Assembly: GCA_040901965.1 (NCBI GenBank)
Contig: JBBDYB010000011.1
Location: 64,246-128,245 of the forward strand
Reading direction: 5' to 3'
Source of the DNA: Gemmatimonadales bacterium
GTDB taxonomy: Bacteria > Gemmatimonadota > Gemmatimonadetes > Gemmatimonadales > GWC2-71-9
Length of the DNA stretch: 64,000 nucleotides
Position numbers and translations under genes: made by a program. A model generated the notes under the pieces. That model worked only from the letters and a program-made list of their open reading frames with translations, did no database searches and was not told the origin of the DNA. Below are positions 1-11,951 of the stretch, piece after piece; the stretch's first letter is position 1; each line of letters opens with the position of its first letter.

Positions 1-1548
<1,548 letters not shown>

Positions 1549-1567
1549 ACGTGGTACGCTGCCGAGT

Positions 1568-3409
1568 ATGACTTACACCCCGCCCGCGACCTTCAGCGGT
1601 CCGGGAGGTTTAGACCCGACGCAATTGGGCCGCCTGGTGGACCACCTTCCGGTGCTGCTCTGGTCGGCCGATGAGGAGCTGCGCGTCACCTCGCGGCATG
1701 GCGGCGGTCTCGCGTTGTTGGGACCCCTGCCCGAGCACCTTGACGAGCTCCGGGTAGGCGAAGGGGCGGAAGACCCCGCGGAGGGGGCGCGCGCAGTTCA
1801 GGCCCATCAAGCCGCGCTCCGCGGCGAGCCGACGACGTACGAGGTCACCTTCCGGGGACGCTCATTCAGCGCGCGGGTCGAGCCGCTCTGTGACGCGCAT
1901 GGCCGCATCTATGGCGTGGTCGGGATCGCTTACGACATCACCGACCGGCGCCGGGTGGAGTTCGCGCTGCGCGAGAGTGAAACACGGCTGCGCACGATCA
2001 TCGAGAGTGAGCCGGAGTGCGTCAAGCTCGTGGATTCCAGTGGATTGCTCTTGGACATGAATCCCGCCGGTCTCGCCATGATCGAGGCTGACCGCATCGA
2101 GCAGGTGCGGGGCCTGGCGGCCGAGCAGATCGTGGCTCCGGACCACCGCGCGGCGTTCAATAATCTGATGCGGCGGGTGTTCGCCGGCGGTTGCGGCAAG
2201 CTGGAGTTCGAGATCGTCGGGATGAAGGGCACGCGCCGCTGGCTCGAGACGCACGCGGTGCCGTTGCGCGGGCCGGACGGAGCCATCACCGCAGCGCTGG
2301 GCATCACGCGGGATGTGACGCAGCGCAAGCACGCCGAGCAGGCGCTCCGCGAGTCGGAGGAACGCCTGCAGCTCGTCACGCGCGCCACGAACGACGCCGT
2401 ATGGGACTGGGACCTCGTGACCAATGCGTTGTGGTGGGGACGGGGCTTCGAGATGCTGTTCGGATACGCGCGGGAGGAAATCGAGCCGGGCATCGAGTCG
2501 TGGCACAACCGGCTCCATCCCGAGGACCGCGATCGGGTCATCGCGGGCATTCGGGCCGCGATCGACACGGGGAACGTGTCGTGGTCCAGCGAATACCGGT
2601 TTCGCCGCCGTGACGGGTCCTATGCGGACATCTACGACCGGGGATACGTGATTCACGCACCGCAGGGCGGCCGCCCCCTGCGTATGGTCGGGTCGATGAT
2701 GGACGTCTCCGAGCGCAAGCGCTTCGAGGAGCAGCTGCAGGCATCCCGCGCCGCTCTGCGCCTCCTCGCCACCCGCCATCAGGACGTGCGCGAACAGGAG
2801 CGCACCCGCATTGCCCGGGAGATCCACGACAGCCTGGGCCAGGCGCTCACGGCCCTCAAGCTGCACCTGGCCGCGGCGCACGAGGCGGCCGGCCGCGGGT
2901 CTGCCGGGCTGGCCGAGCAGCTGTCCGAAACGGCGCAAATGGTGGACGACCTCGTCAAAGGTGTGCGCCGCATCGCGACTGAATTGCGGCCGCCGATCCT
3001 CGATGAGCTGGGCCTCCCCGCCGCGATCGAATGGCTCGCGCATGACTTCACCCGCCGCACCCGCATCGCGTGCGGCGCGACCGTGCTCCCGCCCACTGCC
3101 GCCATTCCCGCCGGTCTCGCGACCGCCCTGTTCCGCATCGTCCAGGAGGCCCTCACCAACGTCGCCCGCCATGCGGGGGCGGCGCGCGTGTGCATCGCGC
3201 TGGACGTCCTGAGCGACGTCGTCAGCCTCGAGGTCACCGACGACGGGCGCGGCATCACCGACGCCGCCGCCTCCGGACCGGCCTCGCTCGGCATTCTCGG
3301 CATGCGAGAACGCGCCGCGGCCCAGGGGGGCGTGCTGGAAGTCGGGCCGCGCGCAGACGGTGGCACCCGCGTCGCCGCCTGGTTCCCGCCGCTGCGCGGG
3401 CACCGATGA
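1568..3409 (+). CDS. Multi-PAS sensor histidine kinase with HisKA_3-type (NarX/DegS-like) dimerisation domain
   Basis: Repeated PAS-like blocks (ITDRRRVE, TRDVTQRKHAE, MMDVSERKRFE junctions). H-box REIHDSLGQALTALKL. HATPase motif NVARHA...DDGRG...GILGMRERA. Start set at ATG 1568 (MTYTPP); the longer ORF from 1436 overlaps the upstream gene. Confidence 0.8.
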   Translation: MTYTPPATFSGPGGLDPTQLGRLVDHLPVLLWSADEELRVTSRHGGGLALLGPLPEHLDELRVGEGAEDPAEGARAVQAHQAALRGEPTTYEVTFRGRSFSARVEPLCDAHGRIYGVVGIAYDITDRRRVEFALRESETRLRTIIESEPECVKLVDSSGLLLDMNPAGLAMIEADRIEQVRGLAAEQIVAPDHRAAFNNLMRRVFAGGCGKLEFEIVGMKGTRRWLETHAVPLRGPDGAITAALGITRDVTQRKHAEQALRESEERLQLVTRATNDAVWDWDLVTNALWWGRGFEMLFGYAREEIEPGIESWHNRLHPEDRDRVIAGIRAAIDTGNVSWSSEYRFRRRDGSYADIYDRGYVIHAPQGGRPLRMVGSMMDVSERKRFEEQLQASRAALRLLATRHQDVREQERTRIAREIHDSLGQALTALKLHLAAAHEAAGRGSAGLAEQLSETAQMVDDLVKGVRRIATELRPPILDELGLPAAIEWLAHDFTRRTRIACGATVLPPTAAIPAGLATALFRIVQEALTNVARHAGAARVCIALDVLSDVVSLEVTDDGRGITDAAASGPASLGILGMRERAAAQGGVLEVGPRADGGTRVAAWFPPLRGHR

Positions 3410-4071
3410 TCCGCATCCTCGTCGTTGATGATCACGCGCTGGTGCGGCGCGGGTTGATTCAGATCCTCAAGGGTCTCCCGGAGGGCGCGCAGTTTGGCGA
3501 AGCGGGGACGGGCGCGGAGGCCCTCGCGCTCGCGCTGGGCGAACGCTGGGACGTCGTGCTCCTCGATCTCGGGCTGCCGGACCGGCACGGGCTCGACGTG
3601 CTGCGCCAGCTGCGCGCGGCCCGCCCGCAGCTCCCGGTGTTGATCCTGACGATGTTCCCCGAGGATCAGCTGGCGCTGCGCATGCTCGAGATCGGCGCGG
3701 CGGGATACCTCACCAAGGAGTCCGCGCCCGAGGAGCTGCTCCGCGCCTTGGAGCGCGTGATGGCCGGGCACAAGTACCTGAGTCCGACGATGGCGCAGGC
3801 GGTGGCCGACGGTTTCGGGGGCGCCCCCCCCCCACCCCACGAACAGCTGTCCGATCGCGAGCTCGAGGTGCTGCGCCTGCTCGCCGCCGGGCGGCCGATC
3901 ACGGCGATCAGCCGACAGCTTGGCCTCTCGCCGAAAACGATCACCACCTACCGAGCCCGCCTGCTACACAAGCTCCGGATGAAGTCCAACGCGGAGCTCA
4001 CGTTCTACGCCACGCAGTACGCGCTCGTCAGTCCCGCCGCCCTCCGCGGCGCCGTTCGTAGCAAGAAGTAG
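3406..4071 (+). CDS. NarL/FixJ-family response regulator (receiver + LuxR-type HTH)
   Basis: MIRILVVDDHALVRRGL...VVLLDLGLPD receiver. C-terminal LSDRELEVLRLLAAGRPITAISRQLGLSPKTITTYRARLLHKL. The ATG overlaps the kinase stop (ATGA at 3406-3409). Confidence 0.9.
   Translation: MIRILVVDDHALVRRGLIQILKGLPEGAQFGEAGTGAEALALALGERWDVVLLDLGLPDRHGLDVLRQLRAARPQLPVLILTMFPEDQLALRMLEIGAAGYLTKESAPEELLRALERVMAGHKYLSPTMAQAVADGFGGAPPPPHEQLSDRELEVLRLLAAGRPITAISRQLGLSPKTITTYRARLLHKLRMKSNAELTFYATQYALVSPAALRGAVRSKK
3824..3833. repeat. C10 homopolymer tract inside the NarL-type regulator CDS (codes APPPP)
   Basis: Counted directly: gcg ccccccc ccc a. Confidence 0.9.
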
Positions 4072-4073
4072 GG

Positions 4074-4092
4074 CCCCTACCGCAAGTAGGGG
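4074..4092 (+). terminator. Stem-loop just after the response-regulator stop (CCCCTAC-cgcaa-GTAGGGG); no U-tract
   Basis: 7-bp perfect stem with a 5-nt loop, starting 3 nt after TAG 4069-4071. A further GTAGGG lies at 4068-4073. Confidence 0.35.
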
Positions 4093-4159
4093 AACACCTA
4101 CGGGCGTACTTGCGTCACGCCGACAGACACATCCTCCAGGAACATCAAAACTGAAGCGG

Positions 4160-6085
4160 ATGACCTCCGCCCCGAACGAGCCCGTGCGCGTGCTGATGCT
4201 CGAGGACAGCGAGCACGATGCGGCGCTCATCCGGCGCGAGTTGGGGCGGCTCCCTGCTCCGTCCGATATTCGGCATGTCGCGACGGAAGCGGCGTTCGTT
4301 GCGGCGCTCACGGAGTTCGCGCCGCACATCGTCCTGTCGGACCACAACATCCCGAGTTTCGGCGGCTGGGCAGCGCTGGAGCTGGCGCAGCGCGCCCTGC
4401 CGCATGCGCCGTTCATCCTCATTACCGGCTCGCTCGATGAAGAGACCGCGGTCGCGTACCTCAAGGCGGGCGCGACGGACTACATCCTCAAAGACCGCCT
4501 GGTGCGCCTCGGCCCGGCCGTCGTCGAAGCGCTCCAGCGCGCGCGCCAACGACGGGCGCTGCGCCACCACGAGCGCCTGCTGCGGCAGATCATCGACGCC
4601 AATCCGAGCCTCATCTTCGTGAAGGACTGGGACGGGCGGTTCGTGCTCGTCAACCAGGCCGTCGCCGAGATCTACGGCACCACGGTGGATTCGCTCGTCG
4701 GAAAGACGGACGCGGATTTCAACCCCAACGAGGAAGAGGTCGCGCACTTTCTCCGCAACGATCGGGAGGTGATGTCGTCCGCCCGGCCCAAGCTCATCGC
4801 CGAGGAGCCGGTCACCCATCCCGGCACGCGCGAGACCCGCTGGTTCCAGACGATCAAAGTGCCGCTGCGCCTTCCGAACGACGATTTTCCCAAGCTGCTG
4901 GGCGTGGCGACGGAGATCACCGAGCGCAAGCGGCTGGAGCAGCAGCTGCTGCAATCGCAGAAGATGGAAGCCGTCGGCCAGCTTGCGGGTGGCGTGGCGC
5001 ACGACTTCAACAACATCCTGACGGCGATCGTGGGCTACACCGACCTGCTGGCGGCGGACTTCAGCCCCAACGATCGCCACCTCGAGGACCTGGAAGAGAT
5101 CCGCAAGGCGGCCCGCCGTGCCGCGGCGCTGACCCGGCATCTGCTCGCGTTCTCGCGGAAGCAAGTGCTCGAGCCGCGGGTGATCGACCTGAACACCATC
5201 GTGCAGAACCTGGACAAGATGCTGCGCTCGCTCATTTCCGAGAACATCGACCTGCGGACGGCCTACGCCCCCAAGCTCGCGGCGGCGCGTGCCGACCCGA
5301 ACCAGCTCGAGCAGGTCATCATGAACCTCGCCATCAACGCCCGCGACGCGATGCCCGAGGGCGGCACCCTGACGATCGAGACAGGCAACGCCACGCTGGA
5401 CGCGACCTACGCGGCTCACCACCTCTCCGTGGTGCCCGGCGAGTACGTGATGCTCGCCGTGAGCGACACCGGCAGCGGGATGGACGAAGACACCAAGGCG
5501 CGGATCTTCGAGCCGTTCTTCACGACCAAGCCTCCCGGCCGCGGGACCGGGCTGGGCCTGTCGACTGTGTACGGCATCGTGAAGCAGAGCGGCGGCAACA
5601 TCTGGCTGTACAGCGAGCCCGGCAAGGGAACGACCTTCAAGGTTTACCTCCCCGCCGTCGACGCCGCCGCGGAGGAGCCGGGCAAGCCGGCGGTCAACGC
5701 GGTGCGCAAGGGGGGCCGGGAGACGATCCTCGTCGTCGAGGATGACGAGCAGCTGCGCCGGCTGGCGCATCGGGCGCTCGCCGGCCAGGGCTACGCGGTG
5801 TTGGAAGCAGATCGCGGCGCCACCGCCCTCGACATCGCCCGCCGCCACAAGGGGCGGATCGATCTGTTGCTCACCGACGTCGTGATGCCCGACACCAACG
5901 GCCGCAAGCTGGCCGAGGCGTTGCTCGGCGAGCGGCCCGGGTTGCGGGTGCTCTTCATGTCAGGCTACCCCGACGGCGCCATCGCGCATCACGGCATGCT
6001 CGACGACGGTGTGGCCTACCTCGCGAAGCCGTTCACCACGGAGGCGGTCACTCGCAAAGTCCGGGAGATTTTGGATACGCGGTAG
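4160..6085 (+). CDS. Hybrid sensor kinase (receiver-PAS-HisKA-HATPase-receiver)
   Basis: N-terminal receiver VRVLMLEDSEHD...IVLSDHNIP...LKAGATDYILK. H-box [27 protein letters not shown] and GRGTGLGLSTVYG boxes. C-terminal receiver ILVVEDDE...LLLTDVVMP...AKPF. Confidence 0.9.
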   Translation: MTSAPNEPVRVLMLEDSEHDAALIRRELGRLPAPSDIRHVATEAAFVAALTEFAPHIVLSDHNIPSFGGWAALELAQRALPHAPFILITGSLDEETAVAYLKAGATDYILKDRLVRLGPAVVEALQRARQRRALRHHERLLRQIIDANPSLIFVKDWDGRFVLVNQAVAEIYGTTVDSLVGKTDADFNPNEEEVAHFLRNDREVMSSARPKLIAEEPVTHPGTRETRWFQTIKVPLRLPNDDFPKLLGVATEITERKRLEQQLLQSQKMEAVGQLAGGVAHDFNNILTAIVGYTDLLAADFSPNDRHLEDLEEIRKAARRAAALTRHLLAFSRKQVLEPRVIDLNTIVQNLDKMLRSLISENIDLRTAYAPKLAAARADPNQLEQVIMNLAINARDAMPEGGTLTIETGNATLDATYAAHHLSVVPGEYVMLAVSDTGSGMDEDTKARIFEPFFTTKPPGRGTGLGLSTVYGIVKQSGGNIWLYSEPGKGTTFKVYLPAVDAAAEEPGKPAVNAVRKGGRETILVVEDDEQLRRLAHRALAGQGYAVLEADRGATALDIARRHKGRIDLLLTDVVMPDTNGRKLAEALLGERPGLRVLFMSGYPDGAIAHHGMLDDGVAYLAKPFTTEAVTRKVREILDTR

Positions 6086-6108
6086 GGCCTATACTATCTT
6101 GGGGGCCC

Positions 6109-8205
6109 ATGAACTGGTCCATCGAGCGCAAGTTGCCGCTGTTCGTCGCCGGGTTGCTGCTGGCGGTAGTTCTCGTGCTGCTCAGCATCGGGTTTGGCGA
6201 AGTGCGGCGCGCGTCCCGAGACCTCGCCAACGAGCGGCTGCAGCGGGCGTCGCAGCAGTTGGCGGAGGCGTTGCAGCGCTCCCTCGCCCAGTACCGCGCG
6301 CAGGCCGCCGCGCTGGCAAGCGACGCCGGCGTAGTGGCCTTCCTCGCGTCGCACGGGCGGCGCGCCCACGCACGGGCGCTGTCGGCACTGGACCATATCG
6401 CCCACGATACCGTGTCCAACATCGCTGCGGAGCTGTGGGACAGTGGCGGACGGCTGCTGCTCCGCACCGGGCGACTGCGTGCCGGGGCGTCCAGCATTCC
6501 GGCATCGGACTCGGCCGCGGTCAGCCCCCTGATCCGGCGTGACAGCATTCTGTATTACGAAGTGGTTCACGCCGTCCGCGCCGACGGGAAGGGGCCGCAG
6601 GCAACCTCCGTGGTCGGCCGCGCGCGACTGGTGCGGCGCATCAATCTCAGTGCCCAGGCGCGAGCCATGCTGACGGGATTGGCGGGGGGAGACGCGCTGC
6701 TGTTGCTGGGCAACGCGGCGGGCGATCCCTGGACCGATTTCGCCACGGTTGTGCCCGCGCCTCCTGCGACCGTCCTCCGGAGTGCGACTCCCACGAGCTA
6801 TGAACGCGGCGAGACGAAGCGTGCAAGCGCCGCGCCCGTGCCCGGCTCGCCATGGATGGTCATTGTGGAGGTTCCCAGCCCGACGATCCTCGCTCCCGCA
6901 CGCGCCTATCTGCGGCGCATGGCTCCCATCGCCGCCGTCGTCGTCTTGATCGGCGCGTTGGGGGCCTGGTGGGGCAGCCGCCGCATCACGACACCGCTGC
7001 GGGAAGTCACGCGAGCCAGCGAGGCGATCGCGGCCGGCGACTTGGACCGGCGCGTCCAGGTGGACCGCACGGACGAGCTCGGCCGGCTGGGACGCTCGTT
7101 CAACGCCATGACGGAGCAGGTGGCCCGTTCGCTGCAACACAGCGAGACGATGCTGCGCGGCGTCACGCAAACCGCGCATGATGCCATCATCGCCGCGGAC
7201 GCCGAGGGCCTGATCCAGTACTGGAACCCGGGCGCCGCACGAATCTTCGGGTACGACACCGCGGAGGTCCTCGGGAAGCCGCTCACCATGCTCATGCCGC
7301 AACGGTTTCACGACGCGCACCGGAGCGGCATCCGGCGTTACGTCGAGACGCTGCAGGCCCGCGTCGTGGGCCGTACCGTGGAGCTCGCGGGACGGCGCAA
7401 AGACGGCAGCGAGTTCCCGCTCGAGCTGTCGCTCGGTGCCGCCCCGCTCGAAGGCGGCATGTCGTTCACCGGCGTGATCCGCGACATCACCGAGCGCAAG
7501 CGCATGGAAGAAGCGCTGCGGGCGACGAACGCCGAGCTGGAATCGTTCTCCTACTCGGTCTCGCACGATCTGCGGGCGCCGCTGCGGGCGATCCACGGCT
7601 TCGCCCGCATCCTACTCGAGGACCACAACGCGCAGCTCGATCTCGAGGCCCAGCGCCTGCTCGGCGTGATCGATCAGAACACGCGTCGCATGGGCCAACT
7701 GATCGACGATCTGCTTGCCTTCTCACGCCTCGGCCGTCAGGAGATCGACACATCGCGCGTGGATATGCGCGAGCTCGCCCGGACAGTCACGGACGACGTG
7801 CGCCGCGCCGAAAGCGACCGGCCCCTGGAGATTACCGTGGACGCGCTGCCCCCGGCCCGTGGCGACCGTGCGCTGTTACGGCAGGTCGTGAGCAACCTGG
7901 TCCAGAACGCGGCCAAGTTCACGCGGGGCCGCACCCCCGCCCGAATCGAGGTGGGATCGCGGCCCGACAGGGGCCAGACCGTGTATTTTGTGAAGGACAA
8001 CGGCGCCGGCTTCGACGAGCGCTATGCGGGCAAGTTGTTCGGCGTGTTTCAGCGGCTGCACCGCGCCGAAGAGTTCGAAGGGACGGGTGTGGGCCTCGCG
8101 ATCGTCCAGCGGATCGTGCAGCGACACGGGGGCCGCGTGTGGGCGGAGGGGAAGCTGGACCAGGGCGCCACGTTCTACTTTACGCTGCCGGGGTCGGAGG
8201 GATAA
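6109..8205 (+). CDS. Membrane sensor histidine kinase (TM-periplasmic region-HAMP-PAS-HisKA-HATPase)
   Basis: N-terminal TM segment [17 protein letters not shown], with a second TM before a HAMP-like [25 protein letters not shown]-box [27 protein letters not shown] and [13 protein letters not shown] boxes. Confidence 0.85.
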   Translation: MNWSIERKLPLFVAGLLLAVVLVLLSIGFGEVRRASRDLANERLQRASQQLAEALQRSLAQYRAQAAALASDAGVVAFLASHGRRAHARALSALDHIAHDTVSNIAAELWDSGGRLLLRTGRLRAGASSIPASDSAAVSPLIRRDSILYYEVVHAVRADGKGPQATSVVGRARLVRRINLSAQARAMLTGLAGGDALLLLGNAAGDPWTDFATVVPAPPATVLRSATPTSYERGETKRASAAPVPGSPWMVIVEVPSPTILAPARAYLRRMAPIAAVVVLIGALGAWWGSRRITTPLREVTRASEAIAAGDLDRRVQVDRTDELGRLGRSFNAMTEQVARSLQHSETMLRGVTQTAHDAIIAADAEGLIQYWNPGAARIFGYDTAEVLGKPLTMLMPQRFHDAHRSGIRRYVETLQARVVGRTVELAGRRKDGSEFPLELSLGAAPLEGGMSFTGVIRDITERKRMEEALRATNAELESFSYSVSHDLRAPLRAIHGFARILLEDHNAQLDLEAQRLLGVIDQNTRRMGQLIDDLLAFSRLGRQEIDTSRVDMRELARTVTDDVRRAESDRPLEITVDALPPARGDRALLRQVVSNLVQNAAKFTRGRTPARIEVGSRPDRGQTVYFVKDNGAGFDERYAGKLFGVFQRLHRAEEFEGTGVGLAIVQRIVQRHGGRVWAEGKLDQGATFYFTLPGSEG

Positions 8206-8624
8206 TGCGGCCACACGAGGTGGAAATCCTGCTGGTGGAAGACAATCCCAACGACGCCGAGCTGACGCTCCGCGCCTTGAAACAGCGCAACCTCGCGAAT
8301 CAGCTCTTCCTGTGCCGCGACGGGGCGGAAGCGATCGCTTTCTTCGCAGAGGGGGTCGGCCCGGTACCCAAAGTGGTCCTGCTCGACTTGAAGCTCCCTA
8401 AGGTGGACGGCCTCGAGGTGCTGCGCCGCCTCAAGGCCGACGTCCGCACCAAGGCGATCCCGGTGGTCGTGCTGACCTCGTCGCGTGAGGAGCCGGATAT
8501 CGCCAGGGCGTATGAGCTTGGCGCCAACAGCTATATCGTCAAACCCGTGGACTTCGACGCGTTCGCGCGCGCGGTCTCCGAAGTCGGCTTGTACTGGCTG
8601 CTGCTGAACCACCCTCCGCAATAA
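8205..8624 (+). CDS. Single-domain (CheY-like) response regulator
   Basis: [20 protein letters not shown]...[13 protein letters not shown]...VVVLTSS...GANSYIVKP. The ATG overlaps the upstream TAA by 1 nt (TAATG). Confidence 0.85.
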   Translation: MRPHEVEILLVEDNPNDAELTLRALKQRNLANQLFLCRDGAEAIAFFAEGVGPVPKVVLLDLKLPKVDGLEVLRRLKADVRTKAIPVVVLTSSREEPDIARAYELGANSYIVKPVDFDAFARAVSEVGLYWLLLNHPPQ

Positions 8625-8627
8625 CCC

Positions 8628-10190
8628 GTGGCGTCCGAGCCCCTGCGCGTGCTGCTGGTGGAGGACCGTGCGGAGGACGCGGAGTTGGCGACCCGCGAGC
8701 TCGCCCGGGCCGAGCTCGAGTGCAAGACTCAGCGGGTCGAGACGGCGGCTGCCTTCCGCCGCGCGCTGACCGAGTTTGCCCCGCACCTGGTCCTCGCCGA
8801 CTACACGGTGCCGGGCTTCGGCGGCATAGCGGCCCTCGACATCCTGCGCGAGCAAGCCTCCCATCTGCCGCTGATCATCGTCACGGGGAGTCTCGACGAG
8901 GAAACCGCCGCAGAATGCATCAAGGCCGGCGCTAGCGACTACGTCCTCAAGACGAACCTCGTGCGCCTGGGACCGGCGGTGCGCGGCGCGCTGGCCTTGG
9001 CGCAGAGCCAGGCTCGCACCCGGAGCCTCGAAGCGCAGCTCCTGCAGTCGCAGAAGCTGGAGGCGGTGGGCCGGCTGGCAGGCGGCGTCGCCCACGACTT
9101 CAACAACATCCTCACCGCGATCGGCGGCTACACTGACCTCCTGTTGGCCGATCTCCCCGAAGGCGATCCCCGCCGTCAGGACGTGGAGGAGATCTACCAA
9201 GCGGCCCAACGCGCTGCCGCGTTGACCCAGCAGCTCCTCGCCTTCAGCCGGCGCCAGGTGATGCAGCCCAAGGTCATCGATGTCAATGCCCTGGTCGCTA
9301 ATGTGGAGAAGCTGCTGCGCCGCCTCATCGGCGAGGATATCCTGTTCGCGACTGTGCTCCACCCGCGAGTGGGCAACGTCCGCGCCGACCCGGGGCAGCT
9401 CGAGCAGGTCATCGTCAACCTCGCCGTCAACGCGCGCGACGCGATGCCTGATGGCGGACGGCTCACGATCGAGACGCGGAACGTCGAGCTGGACGAGACC
9501 TACATCGCCGACCACCCTGCCGTCACCCCCGGGCGCTATATCCAGCTAGTCGTGAGCGATACCGGCATCGGGATGACGGAGGAAACCAAGGCTCACATCT
9601 TCGAGCCGTTCTTCACGACGAAGGTCCGCGGCAAGGGAACGGGACTCGGCTTGGCCACGGTCTACGGGATCGTCCAGCAGACCGGCGGGCACATCTGGGC
9701 CTATTCAGAGCCGGGACGCGGCACCACGATGCGAGTGTACCTGCCGCGAGTGGACGCCCCCCCCGATCCCATCGAGCGCCCCGCGAAGGCCGCCCCGGAA
9801 AGCCTGCGGGGCAACGAGACGATCCTGCTCGTCGAGGATGAGTCGGCGGTGCGGGCCGTGACACGCCAGCTGCTCGAGCGGAACGGGTACAAAGTCGTCG
9901 AAGCGCCCGATGGCCCCGCCGCACTGGCCCTATTGGACGGAAAGCGGGAAGCGGCGGGAATAGACTTGCTGCTTACCGATGTCGTCATGCCCGGAATGAG
10001 CGGGCGGGACCTTGCAGATCAGCTTACCGCCCGTTACCCCAAGCTGCGCGTCCTCTACATGTCGGGCTATACGGACGACGCGATCGTGCGCCACGGCATG
10101 CTCGAGCCCGGACTGGCCTATCTGGAGAAACCGTTCCGCCCTGCCGGCCTGCTGCAGAAGGTGCGCGAGACGCTGAAGCGTCCCCGCTGA
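8628..10190 (+). CDS. Hybrid sensor kinase (receiver-HisKA-HATPase-receiver)
   Basis: GTG start 3 nt after the upstream stop. [15 protein letters not shown] receiver. H-box [27 protein letters not shown] and [13 protein letters not shown] boxes. C-terminal receiver ILLVEDES...[10 protein letters not shown]...EKPF. Confidence 0.9.
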   Translation: MASEPLRVLLVEDRAEDAELATRELARAELECKTQRVETAAAFRRALTEFAPHLVLADYTVPGFGGIAALDILREQASHLPLIIVTGSLDEETAAECIKAGASDYVLKTNLVRLGPAVRGALALAQSQARTRSLEAQLLQSQKLEAVGRLAGGVAHDFNNILTAIGGYTDLLLADLPEGDPRRQDVEEIYQAAQRAAALTQQLLAFSRRQVMQPKVIDVNALVANVEKLLRRLIGEDILFATVLHPRVGNVRADPGQLEQVIVNLAVNARDAMPDGGRLTIETRNVELDETYIADHPAVTPGRYIQLVVSDTGIGMTEETKAHIFEPFFTTKVRGKGTGLGLATVYGIVQQTGGHIWAYSEPGRGTTMRVYLPRVDAPPDPIERPAKAAPESLRGNETILLVEDESAVRAVTRQLLERNGYKVVEAPDGPAALALLDGKREAAGIDLLLTDVVMPGMSGRDLADQLTARYPKLRVLYMSGYTDDAIVRHGMLEPGLAYLEKPFRPAGLLQKVRETLKRPR

Positions 10191-10388
10191 CGGCCACCCG
10201 AAGATCACCCGAAAAAAGCGATGGTTCCAGCACTATCTAGCGAGTGTGTGCTCACTTAACGGCGCATCCGCTTCTGGCCCTTGGTATTAATACCGCGCAA
10301 GGCCAGACGAATAAGTGTACAAGCTTACAAATCAATAGGTTACGTCGCGAAGTGACGCCGCATACCGACCCCCCCACTAGATTGCGCC

Positions 10389-11438
10389 ATGCCTTTACCC
10401 CCCCTTGTCGGGCACGAAGGCTTGAGGAGCCGGCTCGCGGCAGCCGCCTCGTCGGGGCGGTTGCCCCAGGCGATCCTGCTGGCGGGCCCCCGCGGCGTTG
10501 GGAAGCAGCGGTTAGCACTCTGGCTCGCGCAAGTGATCCAATGTGGGGCTGGTCGCGGAGCACCGTGCGGCGAGTGCCAGTCGTGTCGCCTCGCGGTGTC
10601 GCTCCAACACCCCGATGTGCACTGGTTCGTGCCGATTGAGTTGAATAAGAAGGGGGCGGACGCCGACAAGCAGGTGGATCTCGTCGCCGAGGCGCTCGCG
10701 GACGAGATGGCGGCGCGGCGGGAGCAGCCCTTGTACGCACCACCCGGCGGCCTGGCGATTCATTCAATTGCCGCCGTGCGGCTGTTGCTCAGACGGCTCG
10801 CGCTGACGCCGGCGATGGGCCAACGCAAGGTCTTCATTGTGGGCGACGCGGAACGCCTCATCCCGCAGCGCGGCAGTGAGGATGCGGCGAACGCGTTGCT
10901 CAAGGCACTCGAGGAGCCGCCTGCGGACTCGGTGATCATCATCACAGCCGCCGAGGTCAATGCCCTGCTCCCGACGATTCTTTCGCGTGTTGTGCTCGTT
11001 CGTGTGGCACGAATCGCCGACAGTGCCGTGACAGTCTTCGCACAGCAGACACTGGGGATAGCGAACAAAGACGAACTGGCACAACGAGTTACGGCCGCTG
11101 AAGGATGCATTGGCAAGCTCTTTGCAACAGAAGCGCCGCGAGCCGGACAGCTGGACCAGGCAGCTCGGTTCCTGGAGGCCATACAGCAGGGGCCCACGAC
11201 GCGTCAGGCGTTCGCCCTCGCCCAAATGCCCTTTCAGGCCCGAGGCGGCTTCACCGAGATGTTGGACGCGCTGGCCGGGCGTCTGCGGGCGGAAGCGAAG
11301 CGCGGTGGCGACACCGAGAAGCTCGTCGAGGCGATCGCGTTGGTAATGGACGCGCGCGAGCTGGCCCAAGGCAACGTGAACCCACAGCTCCTCACCGCCG
11401 TATTGGGCGAGGACCTGAGTCGGGCGCAGCGGGCATGA
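10389..11438 (+). CDS. holB: DNA polymerase III delta-prime subunit
   Basis: N-terminus LVGHEGLRSRL...GRLPQAILLAGPRGVGKQRLALWLAQ. Zinc-module-like CGECQSCRL. Sensor motif LLKALEEPP and ILSR. Confidence 0.8.
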   Translation: MPLPPLVGHEGLRSRLAAAASSGRLPQAILLAGPRGVGKQRLALWLAQVIQCGAGRGAPCGECQSCRLAVSLQHPDVHWFVPIELNKKGADADKQVDLVAEALADEMAARREQPLYAPPGGLAIHSIAAVRLLLRRLALTPAMGQRKVFIVGDAERLIPQRGSEDAANALLKALEEPPADSVIIITAAEVNALLPTILSRVVLVRVARIADSAVTVFAQQTLGIANKDELAQRVTAAEGCIGKLFATEAPRAGQLDQAARFLEAIQQGPTTRQAFALAQMPFQARGGFTEMLDALAGRLRAEAKRGGDTEKLVEAIALVMDARELAQGNVNPQLLTAVLGEDLSRAQRA

Positions 11439-11896
11439 AGCTGTCGCATGTGGATCAGGCGGGCCGGGCCCGCATGGTGGATGTCGGCGATAAGCCGCTG
11501 ATGGACAGGACGGCGGTCGCGGCCGGCGCTATTCGGATGACGCGGGAGGCGTTCCAGCAGGTCGCTGATCAGGCCGTCACGAAGGGTGACGTGCTGACGG
11601 TGAGCGAGGTCGCGGGAACGCTGGCGGCGAAGCGGACGGGGGAGCTGATCCCGCTCTGCCATCCCCTTGGGCTCGATCACGTCGAGGTGGACGCGAGCCT
11701 GGACGAGACGCTCCCGGGCGTTCGGGTCCGGGCGACGGTACGGACGGTGGGCCGCACCGGCGTCGAGATGGAAGCACTCACTGCGGTGTCGGTCGCGCTC
11801 CTCACCGTGTACGACATGGTGAAGGCCGTGGATTCCGGCATGGTGATCGTGGATGTGCAGCTGATCGAGAAGAAAAAGGTGCCGGTCGCAGGTTGA
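11435..11896 (+). CDS. moaC: Cyclic pyranopterin monophosphate synthase MoaC
   Basis: MKLSHVDQAGRARMVDVGDKP...KGDVLTVSEVAGTLAAKRTGELIPLCHPL...GVEMEALTAVSVALLTVYDM. ATGA overlap with the holB stop. Confidence 0.9.
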   Translation: MKLSHVDQAGRARMVDVGDKPLMDRTAVAAGAIRMTREAFQQVADQAVTKGDVLTVSEVAGTLAAKRTGELIPLCHPLGLDHVEVDASLDETLPGVRVRATVRTVGRTGVEMEALTAVSVALLTVYDMVKAVDSGMVIVDVQLIEKKKVPVAG

Positions 11897-11951
11897 TCCG
11901 TGTTTGAGAGCCGCGCCCCAGGTTAGCAGGCGCACAACAGGAGAGAGAGGT

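Noticed and set aside
4068-4092. Hairpin GTAGGG-CCCCTAC-cgcaa-GTAGGGG considered as a fourth copy of the REP palindrome.
   Set aside because: It shares only the terminal heptamer GTAGGGG/CCCCTAC and lacks the CACGGCATGCCGTG core. I treat it as an independent terminator-like stem-loop, though a distant relationship cannot be excluded.
4145-5848. 567-aa ORF on the minus strand, antisense to the hybrid kinase gene. Similar long antisense ORFs: 1862-3403, 6094-7596, 8175-9515.
   Set aside because: The translations are Arg/Gly/Ala/Pro/Asp-rich low-complexity sequences with no motifs. The opposite strand encodes proteins with complete kinase and receiver motifs. These are typical shadow ORFs of high-GC DNA.
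11435-11438. ATGA translational coupling of holB and moaC as a functional link.
   Set aside because: Overlapping stop/start codons are frequent throughout this compact genome. There is no evidence for a functional relationship beyond co-transcription.
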